A stretch of 64,000 bases of DNA. Source: Octopus bimaculoides (lineage: Eukaryota). The notes beneath the pieces are model-generated. The model was not told the origin of the DNA, searched no databases, and was given only the letters and a program-made list of their open reading frames with translations. A program made the position numbers and the translations under genes. Below are positions 37,456-51,720 of this stretch, piece by piece (positions within the stretch are counted from its first letter, which is position 1; every line of letters begins with the position of its first letter). The stretch lies in assembly GCF_001194135.2 (NCBI RefSeq), contig NC_068987.1, positions 5,936,841 to 6,000,840 on the forward strand, given 5' to 3'.

Positions 37456-37630
37456 TTATGTTTGTGTTTGTCCCTAATCGTTTGACAACCGATGTTTGTT
37501 TGTTTACGTCAAAAAACGTAGTAGTTCGGCAAAATAGCCGAATATGATGCGTATGAGACTGAGGTTGATTTATTCGACTAACATCACAGCACTTTCTCCA
37601 AGATGGCCGCAGTCTAAGGTCTAAAACAAT
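37396..37630 (+). mobile_element. (GT)n followed by a diverged SINE family 2 3' module
   Basis: GTCCCTAATCGTTTGACAACCGATG...GTTCGGCAAAA...CAAGATGGCCGCAGTC pattern. Confidence 0.7.
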
Positions 37631-38969
37631 TAATATAGTAGAAAGCTTCCATTTAAATCACTCTACATATTAAATCTAGTTGTATATTTGAACATCATCT
37701 TCCTACTTATTCTCCATAATATCAGAGAATTGTCTAAACCATCGCGAGCTATGTACCTGAACACTTACAACGTTCCACATTTAGCTTTCAAATACTAACG
37801 TGAATATGTTTCTGCAATACGCCAACAGACAAAGGATCATTTCGTGCAGTAAGTTCACTTGCAGTTTATGCAGATATATTAAGTATACTAGCAAGTACTT
37901 TGCGATCTGCACGTAACTGAACCCATGCACTAAGTGCTGGCTTTGAATTGTATCCAAACTTACTTATATGTAGGTTTGGTTAAGCTATTTTCCATTCACT
38001 CTGACACATTCATTTACAAACAAGAGTTAAAACATATAATAATCATATTAAACATTGAATTTTACAAGAGAAATAACAATGTAATGCAGTTACGAGCTCA
38101 TGACTGTAACAGCAAAATGGTAATATTGGTGAGTTTATTTCATAACATAATTTCACTTAATACCGCACATAAAAATGTTTGGCTGCCATATTACCTAAAT
38201 TCAATATTTCAGTAAGTTTAAATATAAATTCTTATTCCTATGTAAGTATTCTCCATTAAAAATTTTCAATGTAATGTTTGTTATGTTTCAGTGCAAATCA
38301 CAAAAGCGTCTTATCAAAATATTCAGTAACTTTCCGTTGCATCTTTTTGAATTTATATTGCTATAGAAACAGCTAAGCGAATTCAAATATTCACAAATTC
38401 GCAGAAAGTATTTATTTTTATTTCTGAATTCTTGGAATGAAAACAATACTTTTATAGAATTGAAAAATCAAAAATTAATTATCACCTTATCTTTATCATA
38501 ACGTTAAATCATGTTATACATAAGCAAAGCAACAGCCACTGGGAAATACGTTTCTTGTCTGGAAATAGATCACTAAAAATATCCTGAAAGCCGTCCAAAG
38601 CACTGAGGACTTCAACTCCCCAATGTACTTAGCAAAAGAGGTGGGGGACAAGGACGCGGTAATGAGTCTTATAACTAAGCTAAATTGGTATTAATGCCTT
38701 ACGAAATCTATAACAAATCATCTCACAAATAATAGGATATGGTGCCAGCAGAAAATATTACGATGAAGCTATAATTTATCAATTATCATCACGTTTTCTT
38801 GCAATAAGTTAGATTCATTTCCAAATTCGAGTGACTTTCATAGACCATGTAGAATAATAGCTTACAAATATCCATTAGTGATAGAAACACTAATGTATAT
38901 TAATGGTTTTTCTTCGCCTTATCAATTATATACAACGAACAAATATTTTAACTCCTTAATTTTGATATA

Positions 38970-39182
38970 AGGTAGCAAGCTGGCAAAACTGTTGACACGT
39001 TGCGAAATGTTTAACAGTATTTCGTCCGTCTTTACGTTCCGAGTTCAAATTCCACCGAGGTCGACTTTGCCTTTCATCCTTTCGGTGTCGATGAAATAAG
39101 TACCCGTTGAGTACTAGGCTCAGCGTAATCAACTTACCTGTTTCCTTGAAATTGCTGGCATTGTGCCAGAATTTAAAATCAA
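38970..39182 (+). mobile_element. SINE family 1 copy
   Basis: GAGTTCAAATTCCACCGAGGTCGACTTTGCCTTTCATCCTTTCGG box. Confidence 0.85.
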
Positions 39183-40704
39183 TACTAAGTTTGAGATGAG
39201 TACTTACTACGTTGTCAGATTAATTAGCGTAATGGTGTTTTGTTTAATAACAATCAGTGTCAAGCTTGCTTTTCCTTCTTTTCTTTTAATACCAGTTTAA
39301 TCCCAATACCAGTTTATTGGTTGGATTCAAATCATCGTTATTTTCTTAAAGACTATTTGAGATATCTGTAGAATTCACCAAGCCAAGCGTATAATTACAC
39401 TACTCTATAAAAGATATCTTATCAAAATCTTTATTTCTAAACGAATATTTTAAGTGTGTACCTCACGCATGGCCTTCCTATAAGCACTTCACATTTTACT
39501 AAGATTCATGGTGTATTAATATGTCCATGATATTGATATGGTATTTATATGATATTTATATGGCTGGGTCTCAATGTTCAGTCATTAACAGCCACTACCT
39601 TGTTTATTTTCACAACGGACCTCCACGACGGGAATCCCTATTTCATCCTATAATAACTACTACGTTATTTAGATTTACAGCCTGCTTATGTGATTGAAAA
39701 TATACGAGACTTTAAAAGTGTGGCCGTGTTTGTTTGTTTTTTTTCTTTTTTTTTGTAGTAGCAAACGAAAAACTGAAATGGGAGGAAATATATAAAATAT
39801 ATAAATATTTCAAGCATCTCAGTTAGTTTATGTAGAGTTAAAAAGAATTCTAGTAAGCATAATATTCTGTATTCATGATTTCCCTCGATATCTCTAGAAA
39901 AATTACAGGCATAAGATGACGGAGACGATGATGGTGATAAAAAAAAATGCATTCGTGTTCTTAAATTTTCGATATCAATCGTCAAGATCACTTGTATCAT
40001 AAACGAAGCGATAAAGTGCTTTACAGTTTTTACTGCAGAGTATTAAAGAGGAAGACATCTTAGTCTGCGAGTACAGTTTAAATATATCCCCAAGCTTAAT
40101 GGTCACGACAAAACAATAATGGCATTCAAAATGCCTTCCGAATTCAACCCTCAAAAATAAAAACAAAAAAATCGTTATCGATTCAATAACAGAAAAATTC
40201 TATTTTAACGAAAAAATCCATATTAATAATAATGCATAGTATAGATTCAAAGACCGATGAAAAATGTCCTTACAGACATATCGACATAATGCACGTAAAT
40301 TGATAAAAGGAACACATTTACTACCTGTTTCATTATGTAGTCATGGATACAAATCTGACGGATGTACTTAGAGTCTCACTTCTTATAGAAAAGTTGCGGA
40401 TAATGAAATGGAAAGCAAAATAAACTACCGTTAGTTTTGTGATGGCGTTTTGGATTTGGTCCGGCAATATTTTCTTTGAATGAGCACTTAATGCTTGGTG
40501 GAAGGTCAGAATTCGCACCATAAATCACTATATAATACATTATATATNNNNNNNNNNNNNNNNNNNNNNNNNNNNNNNNNNNNNNNNNNNNNNNNNNNNN
40601 NNNNNNNNNNNNNNNNNNNNNNNNNNNNNNNNNNNNNNNNNNNNNTATATATATTTATATAAATGTGTGTTTGTGAGTGTGTGAGCGTGTGTGTGTATGT
40701 GTGT

Positions 40705-40744
<40 letters not shown>

Positions 40745-41602
40745 GTGATAAAACACACGAATGGATTATACGGTATTGCTAGAATGTTTCGTTAAGAGAT
40801 TTTATTCTGACACAACTTCGTATATGAAGTTTTGTTAGACGTGAAACATCTATAAGATTATGCAATACATTACTATTGATCGCCCAATTCTTCGGGGTAA
40901 ACCATATGAAGGTCAATAATCGTTATGCTAGCAGATTAGCAAGTTCAATAATATCTAAAGATTCAAAGTAGGCATATCAACAGTTCAATATGGAAGTGCG
41001 CGAGAGTTTATCGACCAATGAAAATTGCAGGGAGTTTAGTTAAGCTCTCAGGGATGGATTAGCATCCAAACCGGGGATGTCAAGTTAGACAACTGTGGGG
41101 AAACCAAATATGGTTAGAAGAAATAACAGTAAAAAAAAAAAAATTAGAAGAAACTTTGAATGGTATATCGTATCTTCAACAAGCTTTATTTACACCAACT
41201 CCGCTCAAAATCAGAGACTAGCAACAAAAATTCATTATCCACAGAGACTGGCGCCAAATAGAATGGTGACGCCGTTAATGCTTTGAAGAAAGCTGCATTC
41301 ACGATTCAGTGTATACAATCATATTGTATAGAATGAAACAAAAGTGAATGAGACGTGAGTGTATAAGACATATACATATACATAGATAAAATTATTGCTG
41401 CTTATTTTCTAAAATTAAATACGTACGAATGCTTTTAGTTTAATTATAAATAATGAATAAATTAGGGTTAATTATGAAAGATATAGCTAATTAGTGTGGA
41501 TGAGATATATTCAGAATTAATGTATAGAGACTTAGTGTTATTAATGCTTTGAATGTACATACGTTGTTGAAATTGCTAATTTGACCTCATATTGATTAAT
41601 GA

Positions 41603-41765
41603 TGTGTTTACGTCGCCTAAACTTAGCGGTTCGGCAAAAGAAACTGATAGAATAAGTACTAGGCTTACAAAGAATAAGTCGTGGGGGTCGATTTGTTCGA
41701 CTAAAAGCGGTGCTCCGGCATGGCCGCAGCTAAATGACTGAAACAAATAAAAGAATAAAAGAACA
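41603..41765 (+). mobile_element. SINE family 2 3' module
   Basis: Near-consensus CTTAGCGGTTCGGCAAAAG...GCGGTGCTCCGGCATGGCCGCAG...GACTGAAACAAATAAAAGAATAAAAG. Confidence 0.9.
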
Positions 41766-42188
41766 TAAGAATTGCATGTGATCTTTTTCTGTATAAAGCT
41801 TGTCTCCTACCTTAGTCAATGACATAACAAAGGCTATTTAGTACAGAAGGTAAAACGAAGCACGGATTAAATATTCTAACTTCAGAAGAAAATCAAAAAA
41901 ATTATGGAATTCGATCAATATAAGAAACACACATTAAAAAATATTAAACATTAAAAAAGATGGAGTTTTGATAGACAGGCATCAAATTAAATTTCTGGTT
42001 GCATACGGAAGATCTTCGAATTACTGTGTCAAATTTGAATTTCTAAGTATCTGTATAGATTTTGACGTGTAATATATTCGAAAGACACTGGAGAATACTA
42101 AATTGACAAAATTTCAGTTTGGAAATATATAGGAGTGATGTAGCTGGCAAGAAAACCATATCCATCAAAATTAATGATGTGATGAGGA

Positions 42189-42238
42189 CACCAACATCGT
42201 TTGTCAAGCAATGGTGGCGGGGGACAAGACACACAAAT

Positions 42239-42315
<77 letters not shown>

Positions 42316-42355
42316 TATATATATATGTATGTATGTATGTATGTTTGTATATATA

Positions 42356-42418
<63 letters not shown>

Positions 42419-42561
42419 TCCGTCTACCAAATCCACTCACAAGGCTTTGGTTAGCCCGAGCCTATAGTAGAAGACACTTGTCCAATGTGTCACGCAGTAG
42501 AACTGAACCCGGAACCATGTGGTTGGGAATCAAGCTTCTTACCACACAGCCACTCCTGCGC
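42189..42561 (-). mobile_element. SINE family 2 with internal (CA)n/(TACA)n/(TA)n microsatellite
   Basis: Same head-microsatellite-body architecture as 23530-23957. Confidence 0.9.
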
Positions 42562-42569
42562 TATATGTG

Positions 42570-42780
42570 CGTGTATGTGTGTTTCGAGCCAGTATTTATC
42601 CCCGCCACCGCTTGACATCCGGTGCTGGTTTGTATATGTTCCCGCAATAGAATAATTACCAGGCTTTAAAAACATTCTTAAAAAACGTAATTTTAGTCGA
42701 TTCCCTCGACTAAAATTTCTTGAAGGAGATGCCCCAGCATGACCGCAGTATAATGACTGAAAGCAGTTAAAAAAAACACA
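42570..42780 (+). mobile_element. Diverged SINE family 2 3' module
   Basis: CCCCGCCACCGCTTGACATCCGGTGCTGG...CCAGCATGACCGCAG...GACTGAAA. Confidence 0.75.
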
Positions 42781-43780
42781 AAAAATATACACAGACTTAG
42801 AATACACACATAATTCAGCAATAACAGGATTTGAAGGCCATGAACCGTGACCAGCAATCACTGAACCGTAGCAAAATATGAAAGAGCCAAAGCGAAAGAA
42901 TTTGCAAAACATCTAAACAACATCAGTGAAACTATTTTAATATTAATTTTTAAGCAACGAGTAAACAAATAATCATGATATGAAATAATCGAATCGAAAA
43001 AAATAAATAAATAAGCAGGATATTAGTAATAAAGTATGGCGCTGGAGCAAATCTTAGAATCTGAAAACGATGGATAAATGAGAATAGAGCGCGCTGGTGC
43101 TGTCTTAGTGCAAACAAAGAATTAGCAAATGACATCATTACGACCATATTTAACGCAATGAAAACACAAACACACAGAAAACAGAAGGTAATACTTATGT
43201 CCACTTAAAGGGGATATTCTGTTAAAACAAACCCTTCTGCGGTAGTTATATAATAAATATTTTCAAATAAATACTTGTTTAATAAAATCTAAGTGTCGGG
43301 AAATAACTACTAAAAGCGATAGTCAGAGGTACCCTAAAAAATGGTCCAAATAATACATTAGTAAACAGTGGATGGGAAACAATAACTGCCCCACCTCCCT
43401 GACATGAGTATCGTCGTGTTTGGGGCCAAACTTGATGCAATATCTGCTTGATGCGTTCGGTGAAAACAAAACTCCGACGATCTTGCACTGCACGTATGCC
43501 TTCTCGGCATATTTATATAGAAATATACAAAATATATAATAACAGAAATTAATGATAGTTCAGTTATTGGGATTTCAATATATATATATGTATATATGCA
43601 TACACAGATATACATATGTGTGCATGACGTATTTACGTACGAATAAATGTATGTATGTATGTATGAAAGTCAGTATCTATGTATACGTTTATTTATCTAT
43701 ATATTCACTTATCTTTCTACATATATGTGCGTGTCTGTTGATATATGCTTATATATTATATCAACATATGCACAAACACG

Positions 43781-43821
<41 letters not shown>

Positions 43822-44477
43822 NNNNNNNNNNNNNNNNNNNNNNNNNNNNNNNNNNNNNNNNNNNNNNNNNNNNNNNNNNNNNNNNNNNNNNNNNNNNNNN
43901 NNNNNNNNNNNNNNNNNNNNNNNNNNNNNNNNNNNNNNNNNNNNNNNNNNNNNNNNNNNNNNNNNNNNNNNNNNNNNNNNNNNNNNTATATATATATATA
44001 TATATAAATGTAAATATACATGTAAATACACACTCACATATATAATGAATGTATATTATATGTGGTTGCCCATATACACATGGAATATTTCTTGAAAGGA
44101 AGCAGTAATACATCCCATGAAAATTAAACAAAATGCCGTAGGAAATGCTATTTAATTTAGTCTTATTGATTGAAATAAATTTCTATCATTGATTTAGATA
44201 AATATTCTCGAATTAAGTGTTAATTTATCGCGTATTTCTCACAAAAAGCTGTAATTTATTCCAGGCACAATCAATGCTGTGTCTGACGCAATTTCATCAC
44301 AATTGTCTATGGGCGAAGGTAAAGCCAATTGTTGATCACTGAATCTTTCTCCAACCAATTTAGACATTGCAATTAAAAGTATCGAAGTGAATATCGTTCG
44401 GCTAAATATTATTAAGTCTAAAATTAGGTTTTATTCTACCCTCAGAATTCTCTGATAATATCTATAACACTTGTTTA

Positions 44478-44682
44478 TGGCGTCGAGCCGGCAGAATTGT
44501 TAGCACGCCGGGCGAATTGCTTAGCGGTATTCCGTCTGTCTTTACGTTCTGAGTTAAAATTCTGCCAAAATCGACTTTGCATTTCATCCTTTTGGGATCG
44601 AAAAATTAAATACCAGTTGAGTACTGAGGTCAATCTAATCGATTGGCCCCTTCCCCAAAAATGTTGGGCCTTGTGCTTAGAG
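44478..44682 (+). mobile_element. SINE family 1 copy (tail A)
   Basis: Head, Deu-like box and GGGCCTTGTGCTTAGAG tail. Confidence 0.85.
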
Positions 44683-44962
44683 TTATTTGTTTACAAATAA
44701 GGGCAACTGAAGAAAATAACCTGCACAACATGATATATTTTATTTGTAATATGACAGAATAACGAAAATACTAACACCTACCCCCACTAACTTTCTTATC
44801 AGCTTCAAGCAAAACAGTACAGCAATCAATATCATAAAAAATTGTGGCCAGCAACATGAAAATCTGACTACAATAAGCTGATGTGAAAGGCCACTGCTTA
44901 GCAGTGAAATTGCCATCAAATTACACATCATATGCATATAAGCAGAGTTACAGTGACAAAAA

Positions 44963-45180
44963 CAAACCAACAGCGGTTGTCAAGTGATGAATTAGGGACA
45001 AATACAAACATACACACACACACGAAAGGTTTCGATACCGTTTCAGTCGACCAAATCGTTTTTTAAGGCATTCGACAGCCTGCGGTTTTAGTAGAAAACA
45101 CTTGACTACGGTGCCGCGCTGTGGAACTGAACACAAAACCATTGATGGCAAAGAGACCTTCTTCAGCACACAGTAGCTAA
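44963..45180 (-). mobile_element. Old diverged SINE family 2 copy with a short internal (CA)n
   Basis: GGTTGTCAAG module, short CA run, then a degenerate AGTAGAAAACACTTG...GAACTGAAC head. Confidence 0.6.
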
Positions 45181-45603
45181 AATCCCAATATGACTCCCAC
45201 GTCTCTTACTACTACACCTCCGACCAAAACAAATGATAAGTCCATTGAAACCACTACAAACACCAGGATCAACATCTTCTACTCTGCTACCTTGCAAGAA
45301 TAACAACAATAACAACAACTACAATCTCTGCTCTTCTGCCCACCAACGGCAACCTCCTCTGCAGCATCTATGTCAACATAGAAGTGATAACTGTCCGCTC
45401 AACTCTGATTAGATATGTAGCAATAATCTAATTATAGACAAGCATCGATCGTTTGTGATTGAACTGTTAAAGAGACATCAAGTCGATTGATTGGTCTGTA
45501 AGTTTAGCCAAAGAAGAAAGTGTATACGCTGTCTGTCATAGCAGAACCTGTGAAAGACGGTAACTTTATACTATTGTTGGGACGTGCACACACACACACA
45601 CGC

Positions 45604-45647
<44 letters not shown>

Positions 45648-45711
45648 GCACTCTAACATACATGTATGTATATGTATGTATATAATGTATATGTATACAT
45701 TCATATATTTA

Positions 45712-45776
<65 letters not shown>

Positions 45777-45987
45777 ACATATGTATAGATATATATGTAT
45801 GTATATGCATGCACATACACATACACATGTATAACACACACACACATATATGCACAAGTATGTGTACAGTTGAATATTTGCATAGACGTATATAAAAGAC
45901 ATATAATGTATATAATATACATATAATGTACACAGATACACAAAGACATATGTATATATGCGTGTGTCCGTGTGTGTNNNNNNNNNN

Positions 45988-46639
45988 AGTGATGCTATCT
46001 GTGGGATTCTCAGCTTTTTTAGCTGCTATTTCTGAACTTCGGTATATGGTGAAGCAAATATTTGCTGATCCCTTAATTATATTTATAAATATATATGAGC
46101 TTTTAAATAAGTTCTCCACCAATAATGGTGCTTTCATACCGATGGGCTTGGTAAAAATTGTTAATTGTTAATTGATTTATTAATTAATAAATTGATAATC
46201 CTTTACCCTTTTAATTTGTAATAATTATTCACTCCCTGGTAGTATACGCAGATTCTCTGCGATATCACTTGTCGCGCACATGGTAATTTCTTGAGAGAGG
46301 GACAGTTGAACTGGCTGACCGAGGTGGATTCGGTTATGCTTTCAGACCTGTGTCGGTGTCGAATGTTAGTATTCCATGCTTACACGGTTTGCTAGCATGG
46401 TCAAATTTACTACTGGAATACAGTATTGATGAAGGAAATTGATTATTTATCAATCATAATCCCGAAACGCGTCTACTGTTAAACGTCGGAATTGGTTAGT
46501 TTTCATTGTTTTTTCTTCTGGTTTTTGCCTTTGTGAGTTACAAGTGATGCTATCTGTGGGATTCTCAGCTTTTTTAGCTGCTATTTCTGAACTTCGGTAT
46601 ATGGTGAAGCATATATTTGCTGATCCCTTAATTATATTT
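45988..46639 (+). mobile_element. Hammerhead-bearing partial-tandem repeat, family B, second locus (555-bp period, both ends at gaps)
   Basis: 45988 onward is repeated at 46543-46639; homologous to 18147-18944. Confidence 0.8.
46420..46479 (+). ncRNA. Minimal type I hammerhead ribozyme (family B), C3U variant
   Basis: ACAGUA-UUGAUGA-[AGGAAAUUGAUU/AAUCAUAAUCCC, 8 of 12 pairs]-GAAAC-GC-GUC-UACUGU; stem I differs from the 18594 copy by compensatory changes. Confidence 0.75.
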
Positions 46640-47296
46640 NNNNNNNNNNNNNNNNNNNNNNNNNNNNNNNNNNNNNNNNNNNNNNNNNNNNNNNNNNNNN
46701 NNNNNNNNNNNNNNNNNNNNNNNNNNNNNNNNNNNNNNNNNNNNNNNNNNNNNNNNNNNNNNNNNNNNNNNNNNNNNNNNNNNNNNNNNNNNNNNNNNNN
46801 NNNNNNNNNNNNNNNNNNNNNNNNNNNNNNNNNNNNNNNNNNNNNNNNNNNNNNNNNNNNNNNNNNNNNNNNNNNNNNNNNNNNNNNNNNNNNNNNNNNN
46901 NNNNNNNNNNNNNNNNNNNNNNNNNNNNNNNNNNNNNNNNNNNNTATATAATTGTGTATGAGTGCGTGAAGAGAAAACGTGAGAGACAATGTATAATGTT
47001 GCAATTAATAGAGAAAAGCAAAGAAAATGGCCGCTGTGTGTGGAAAGAAAGAAGGGTGTAAGGGGAAGAGCAGCGAAGGAGGTGTTGAGCGTATTTTCTG
47101 TGGTTAGATGAAAGTATTGTGGACAGAATCAACAGGCGAGTGAGATGGACAAGAGGCTGAATGAATGGCCGAAATTAGTAAAAGATTGAACTTTCGATCG
47201 AAACCACTTTAAAGCCGAAGTCTAGCGCAATAAACTAGAATTGGGTCGCACACTTTATTAGGTTCGTGTAAGGTATGTAATAATGTGTGTAAGTAA

Positions 47297-47341
<45 letters not shown>

Positions 47342-47419
47342 CCCTCTCTTTCTCTCTCTCTTTATACGAATCTTGCTCTCCCCCACCCCCTCATTATCTG
47401 ACTTTGACACTAACATGTG

Positions 47420-47880
47420 CATGATGACGACGACGATGATGATGATGACGACGACGACGAGGAAGAGAAGGAGGATGATGACAACGATTATGATGGCGAT
47501 GACAATGATGAGGAGGAGAAGAAAGGGGAGGAGGAGAAGGAGGGGAGGAGAAGGAGAGGAGGAGGATGACGACGACGATGATGATGTCGATGACGAGGAA
47601 GTGGAGGAGGAGGGGGATGACAACGATGATGATGGTGATGACAATGATGATGATGAGGAGGAGGAGGAGGAGGAGGAGGAGGAAGGGGAGGAGGAGAAGG
47701 AGGAGGAAGAGGAAGAGGAGGCTGACGACGATGATGATGGTGATGACGATGATGATGATGATGAAGAGGAGGATGATGAGGAGAAGGAGGAGAATGACGA
47801 TGACGATGATGATGATGACGACGACGGTGATAACGATGATGATGACGATGATGAAGACGAGAAACAGGAGAAGGTGAAAT
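47420..47880 (+). repeat. Cryptic trinucleotide tract of alternating (GAY)n and (GAR)n blocks (Asp/Glu-rich if translated)
   Basis: Purine-rich triplet periodicity; the D/E reading frame changes near 47545, so the tract is not a single acidic ORF. Confidence 0.85.
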
Positions 47881-48735
47881 GGGAGGGTGGGGCAACGAGG
47901 AGGAAGATAATGTGGAACAAAAGGCGACGGCAGTGACAAGAAGAATATTCTGATAATGACACTTGACTGGTGTTTAACCCCAGGTTAACCCAGATTGGCA
48001 GACCTGTAGATATCCTCTAGTCTTGAATATCTTCTGCAATGTTGATCTTTTGTTTTCAAGCTGGTAGAATGTGGTCTGTGGGAATTTTAGCTACTACTTC
48101 CAGCAGACTGAGCTATCACTTAGCGGCTCTCTGCGTTTGCGTTGATATGAAGAAGATGGGTAGGATGGTGATGAGAAAGGAGAATATCTTAATTACGAAG
48201 ATGCTGGTTGTGGCAATGACCAGCGCGCGAGAAATGTGGATGATTGTGATGATGCTCAAGTTAATTAGAATGATGAGAAAGATAATGATCAAATTGTAAC
48301 TGATAAATATATTGAATATGAAATTCATCTGAAATGAAGCTCCAATGAATAGTGTTTTGCAAACTGTTAATTTATTTGTCAGTGTTTTCCTTTCAATTAT
48401 TTTGTTTTCAATTTTTAATTCTACTTGGTTTAATTTCCAATCGTATTTTTGCCAAAAGAAGCACTGAACCGTATAAAAAAAATATCACGTGATCAGTAAC
48501 GATAGCGATTAACTGATGCGTTAAAACTTTTGAAATCATCCCCAACACCACAGTCACAAGAAACATTGATGATGTTGCAAACAGCAACATCCATAATAAC
48601 CCTCGGCTTCCACAGCTTCCATAACTCCTGTTCTCATAAACCAACATGGTTACCACTCCTGCTATCACTATCATAGTATTATAAATCACAAGAAAGACTA
48701 CTACTACTACTACTACTACTACTGCAGCACGTGAT

Positions 48736-49120
48736 GTTGGCACTCCGTCGCTTACGACGTCGATGGTTCCAGTTGATCCGATCAACGGAACAGCCTGCTC
48801 GTGAAATTAACGTGCAAGTGGCTGAGCACTCCACAGACACGTGTACCCTTAACGTAGTTTTCGGGGATATTCAGCGTGACACAGAGTGTGACAAGGCTGG
48901 ACCCTTTGAATTACAGATACAACAGAAACAGGAAGTAAGAGTGAGAGAAAGTTGTGGCAAAAGAGTACTGCAGGGTTCGCCACCATCCTCTGCCGGAGCC
49001 TCGTGGAGCTTTAGGTGTTTTCGCTCAATAAACACTTACAACGTCCGGTCTGGGAATCGAAACCGCGATACTATGACCGCGGGTCCGCTACCCTAACCAC
49101 TGGGCCATTGCGCCTCCACA
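48736..49120 (-). mobile_element. Full-length SINE family 3 with 11-bp TSD
   Basis: CAGCACGTGAT at 48725-48735 and 49121-49131; collinear with 34139-34527. Confidence 0.95.
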
Positions 49121-49789
49121 CAGCACGTGATACCACAATACAAACACTAACATTCCTGTCATGTCCTAATTTCCACCTGTTGACATTATCATCTTCATCA
49201 TCAACAAATTCTGCTCTTCGCAATCAATAAGACTAACTCCCCCAAACAAAATAAAACCTCTGCCGTAAAAGAATTCACCAAACCATATTACGTTTCCCTG
49301 GTCTTGCTATAGAAGTGAATAATTTGCTCACGTGTGTGAAAACAAATATTTCACCACGTGACTAAAAACCAAGTTAGCAATTAATTGAATACAATTCTCA
49401 TGAATTGATTTTGTTTTGCTTTCTTCCTTTCAATTTTTAAAACCATTCATTCGACAAAAATGTAATTAGCTTCATATATTTCAAAAATTTATTAATGTTT
49501 TTTTCTTTTTATATAAAAATTATTTTGCTAATAACAATTTTGGTTGGTATCGATAGTAACAAATCAAACTAAATGATTCGGGTTACTTAGTTCATTACCA
49601 CAATCTACTTAGTGCAATTAATCCTGAAATATTTGTAAAATATTTCAATTAGTATAATCATAAGTGGATTAAATGTTTTTTCAGAAGACTCTTTTCTAAA
49701 TGGCGTTATCAATATATGCCACCACAATCACAACAGGTGTTGTGTCAACACAAGGAGATATTCATTAACCGTATCGTATCATTGGTAGT

Positions 49790-49940
49790 AATTCTTTCTC
49801 ACTTTTGACACAAAGTTAGAAATTTTGAGAAGTGGGGGTGTAGTGGATTACGTCGAACCCACCGCAAATCTAGTTGTTGTTTTATCGACCACGAAGATGA
49901 AAGATAAAGTCGAGCTCTGCGGAGTTTGAACTCAGAACGC
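49790..49940 (-). mobile_element. Diverged SINE family 1 fragment
   Basis: TTTATCGACC...GATGAAAG..AAAGTCGA...TTTGAACTCAGAACG pattern. Confidence 0.7.
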
Positions 49941-50284
49941 AAAGCCTGCCCGACTGAAGGAGGGCGGCGGGGCAATAATCACTAAAGTTTTAGCCAATGG
50001 AAGGATCCATCCCACACGTGATATCAGCTGTTCGACATAACTCAGAAATGCCAGGACACTGAACGAGTGCGTGCAGAACGGTTTCTTCATTCTGTGGGCA
50101 TCTTTGACAAGCCCGTTTGATAGCACATTCGTGCCTGCAGAGTATATGGCGATTTAAATAAGAGTTTTGGCTATTTAAATAAGAGTTTTGACTGCTATTT
50201 CCAGCAGGTAGACATACTTAAAATTAAAACAACTGCCAGTAAAATCTGTGATCATGTAGCTTTCTTAAGAAATATGTGTGTGCA

Positions 50285-50339
<55 letters not shown>

Positions 50340-51514
50340 GGGAGGGTGAGAGAGAATAAGAGAGAGAAAGAACGTGCGCCTGTATCTGTGTTTGTGTTTT
50401 AATGAGTATTTGCTTGAACGTGTGTACGTGTGTGTATATGTGCGTGTATGTGTCTGTGTATATCTTTCATACTGAAGAGACATGTATCCCGTTTTAGACA
50501 TTGCACTTGACTTACACTGGGAACGGCAACAATGTCCCAGTTCCTATTTCTGTTCTGTTAGGGTCAGCAAGATCAAGTCTTCATTCACGGATTGACGCTG
50601 CTAACAAAGCATAAGGAAGATGAAAGAAAAGAACACGTGCTGTTTGATTTTATATATTTTACTTGTGATTGGAGCAAGTCGCTTCCATCGACTTCCATAA
50701 ACACACGCTGAAGAATGAGAAATGAACAGAAAAGTGGATGAATAGACAGAAAAGAACCTGAGGAAGAAGAAAATAACAGACTGAGCAAGAAATAGAGTGA
50801 AATTATTCAAAAGCAATCGGTCATATTTTTGGAAATTGAAGCCTTGCTTTATGTATTCACTATCTTTAGCAATGCCATTCAAAGCTCGCAGCCAACACAA
50901 GAAATTGATTAGTTGCATAGAAGATTCTAGCGGCTAGTATAATTGTAATAAAATATGAAACCCATTTAGTTTCTGTAGTAAAATTTTCAAAGAAAATGTA
51001 ATTTCTATTCTTGAATAAGGAACTGTATTGAAGCAGTATGTTTAATATTCTATTTAGATAGTTTGTCACTAGTTTCTGCTTCCTATATCTGAGTTTCACA
51101 TTTACGTTAAAGCTATTTATGTAGTTTTTATTTCCTCAAATACTATCTCGGTATTTTCTACCGTGTATTTTAGTATTTTAAACATCATTGCTTTTCCATT
51201 CGGTTATCTTTGAACGAGAATGTCTCTGGAAGTGAACGCTGAGTTGTTTTCGACTTTATTTCCTTTAACATCAAAAAGGCAAATATTAAACATTCTTCAT
51301 TCACATTTTTTTAGATATTATTATTACGATGATTATCAAGTTGCCACAGTGGTAATTGGAAGGCTTCCAAGGAATTGACTCACTGAAACACTGTTTTGTA
51401 CCCTGCAGCATTTGCCCACTTCAAGCTGTAATCTCACCGTGGTCAATCCGTAAATCTCATGATATGTTTTCATATCTATAGAAACAATAAATTCTTAAGA
51501 GATATTAATTCCTA

Positions 51515-51720
51515 GATAGAATATTGGTTTCAGATTGTGGCACACGGCCAGCGGTTTCAAGAGAGATGTTAAGCTGCTTATATCAACCCTACTGCTCAAC
51601 TGGTACTTATTTTATCCATCGCAAAAGAATAAAAATTAGTCGTCCTCTTCAGAATTTGAACTCAATGACTAAAAACGGACAAAATGTTCCCGTCGTGCAA
51701 ATGTTTCTTCCATTTCGCTG
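51515..51720 (-). mobile_element. Old diverged SINE family 1 copy
   Basis: CAACTGGTACTTATTTTATC...GAATTTGAACTC pattern. Confidence 0.6.

Noticed and set aside
45709-46639. Antisense open frames (MKAPLLVENLF...) through the family B repeat
   Set aside because: The frame is broken by stops and shifts in the 18-kb copy and no motif was confidently recognised; treated as non-coding pending tblastn.
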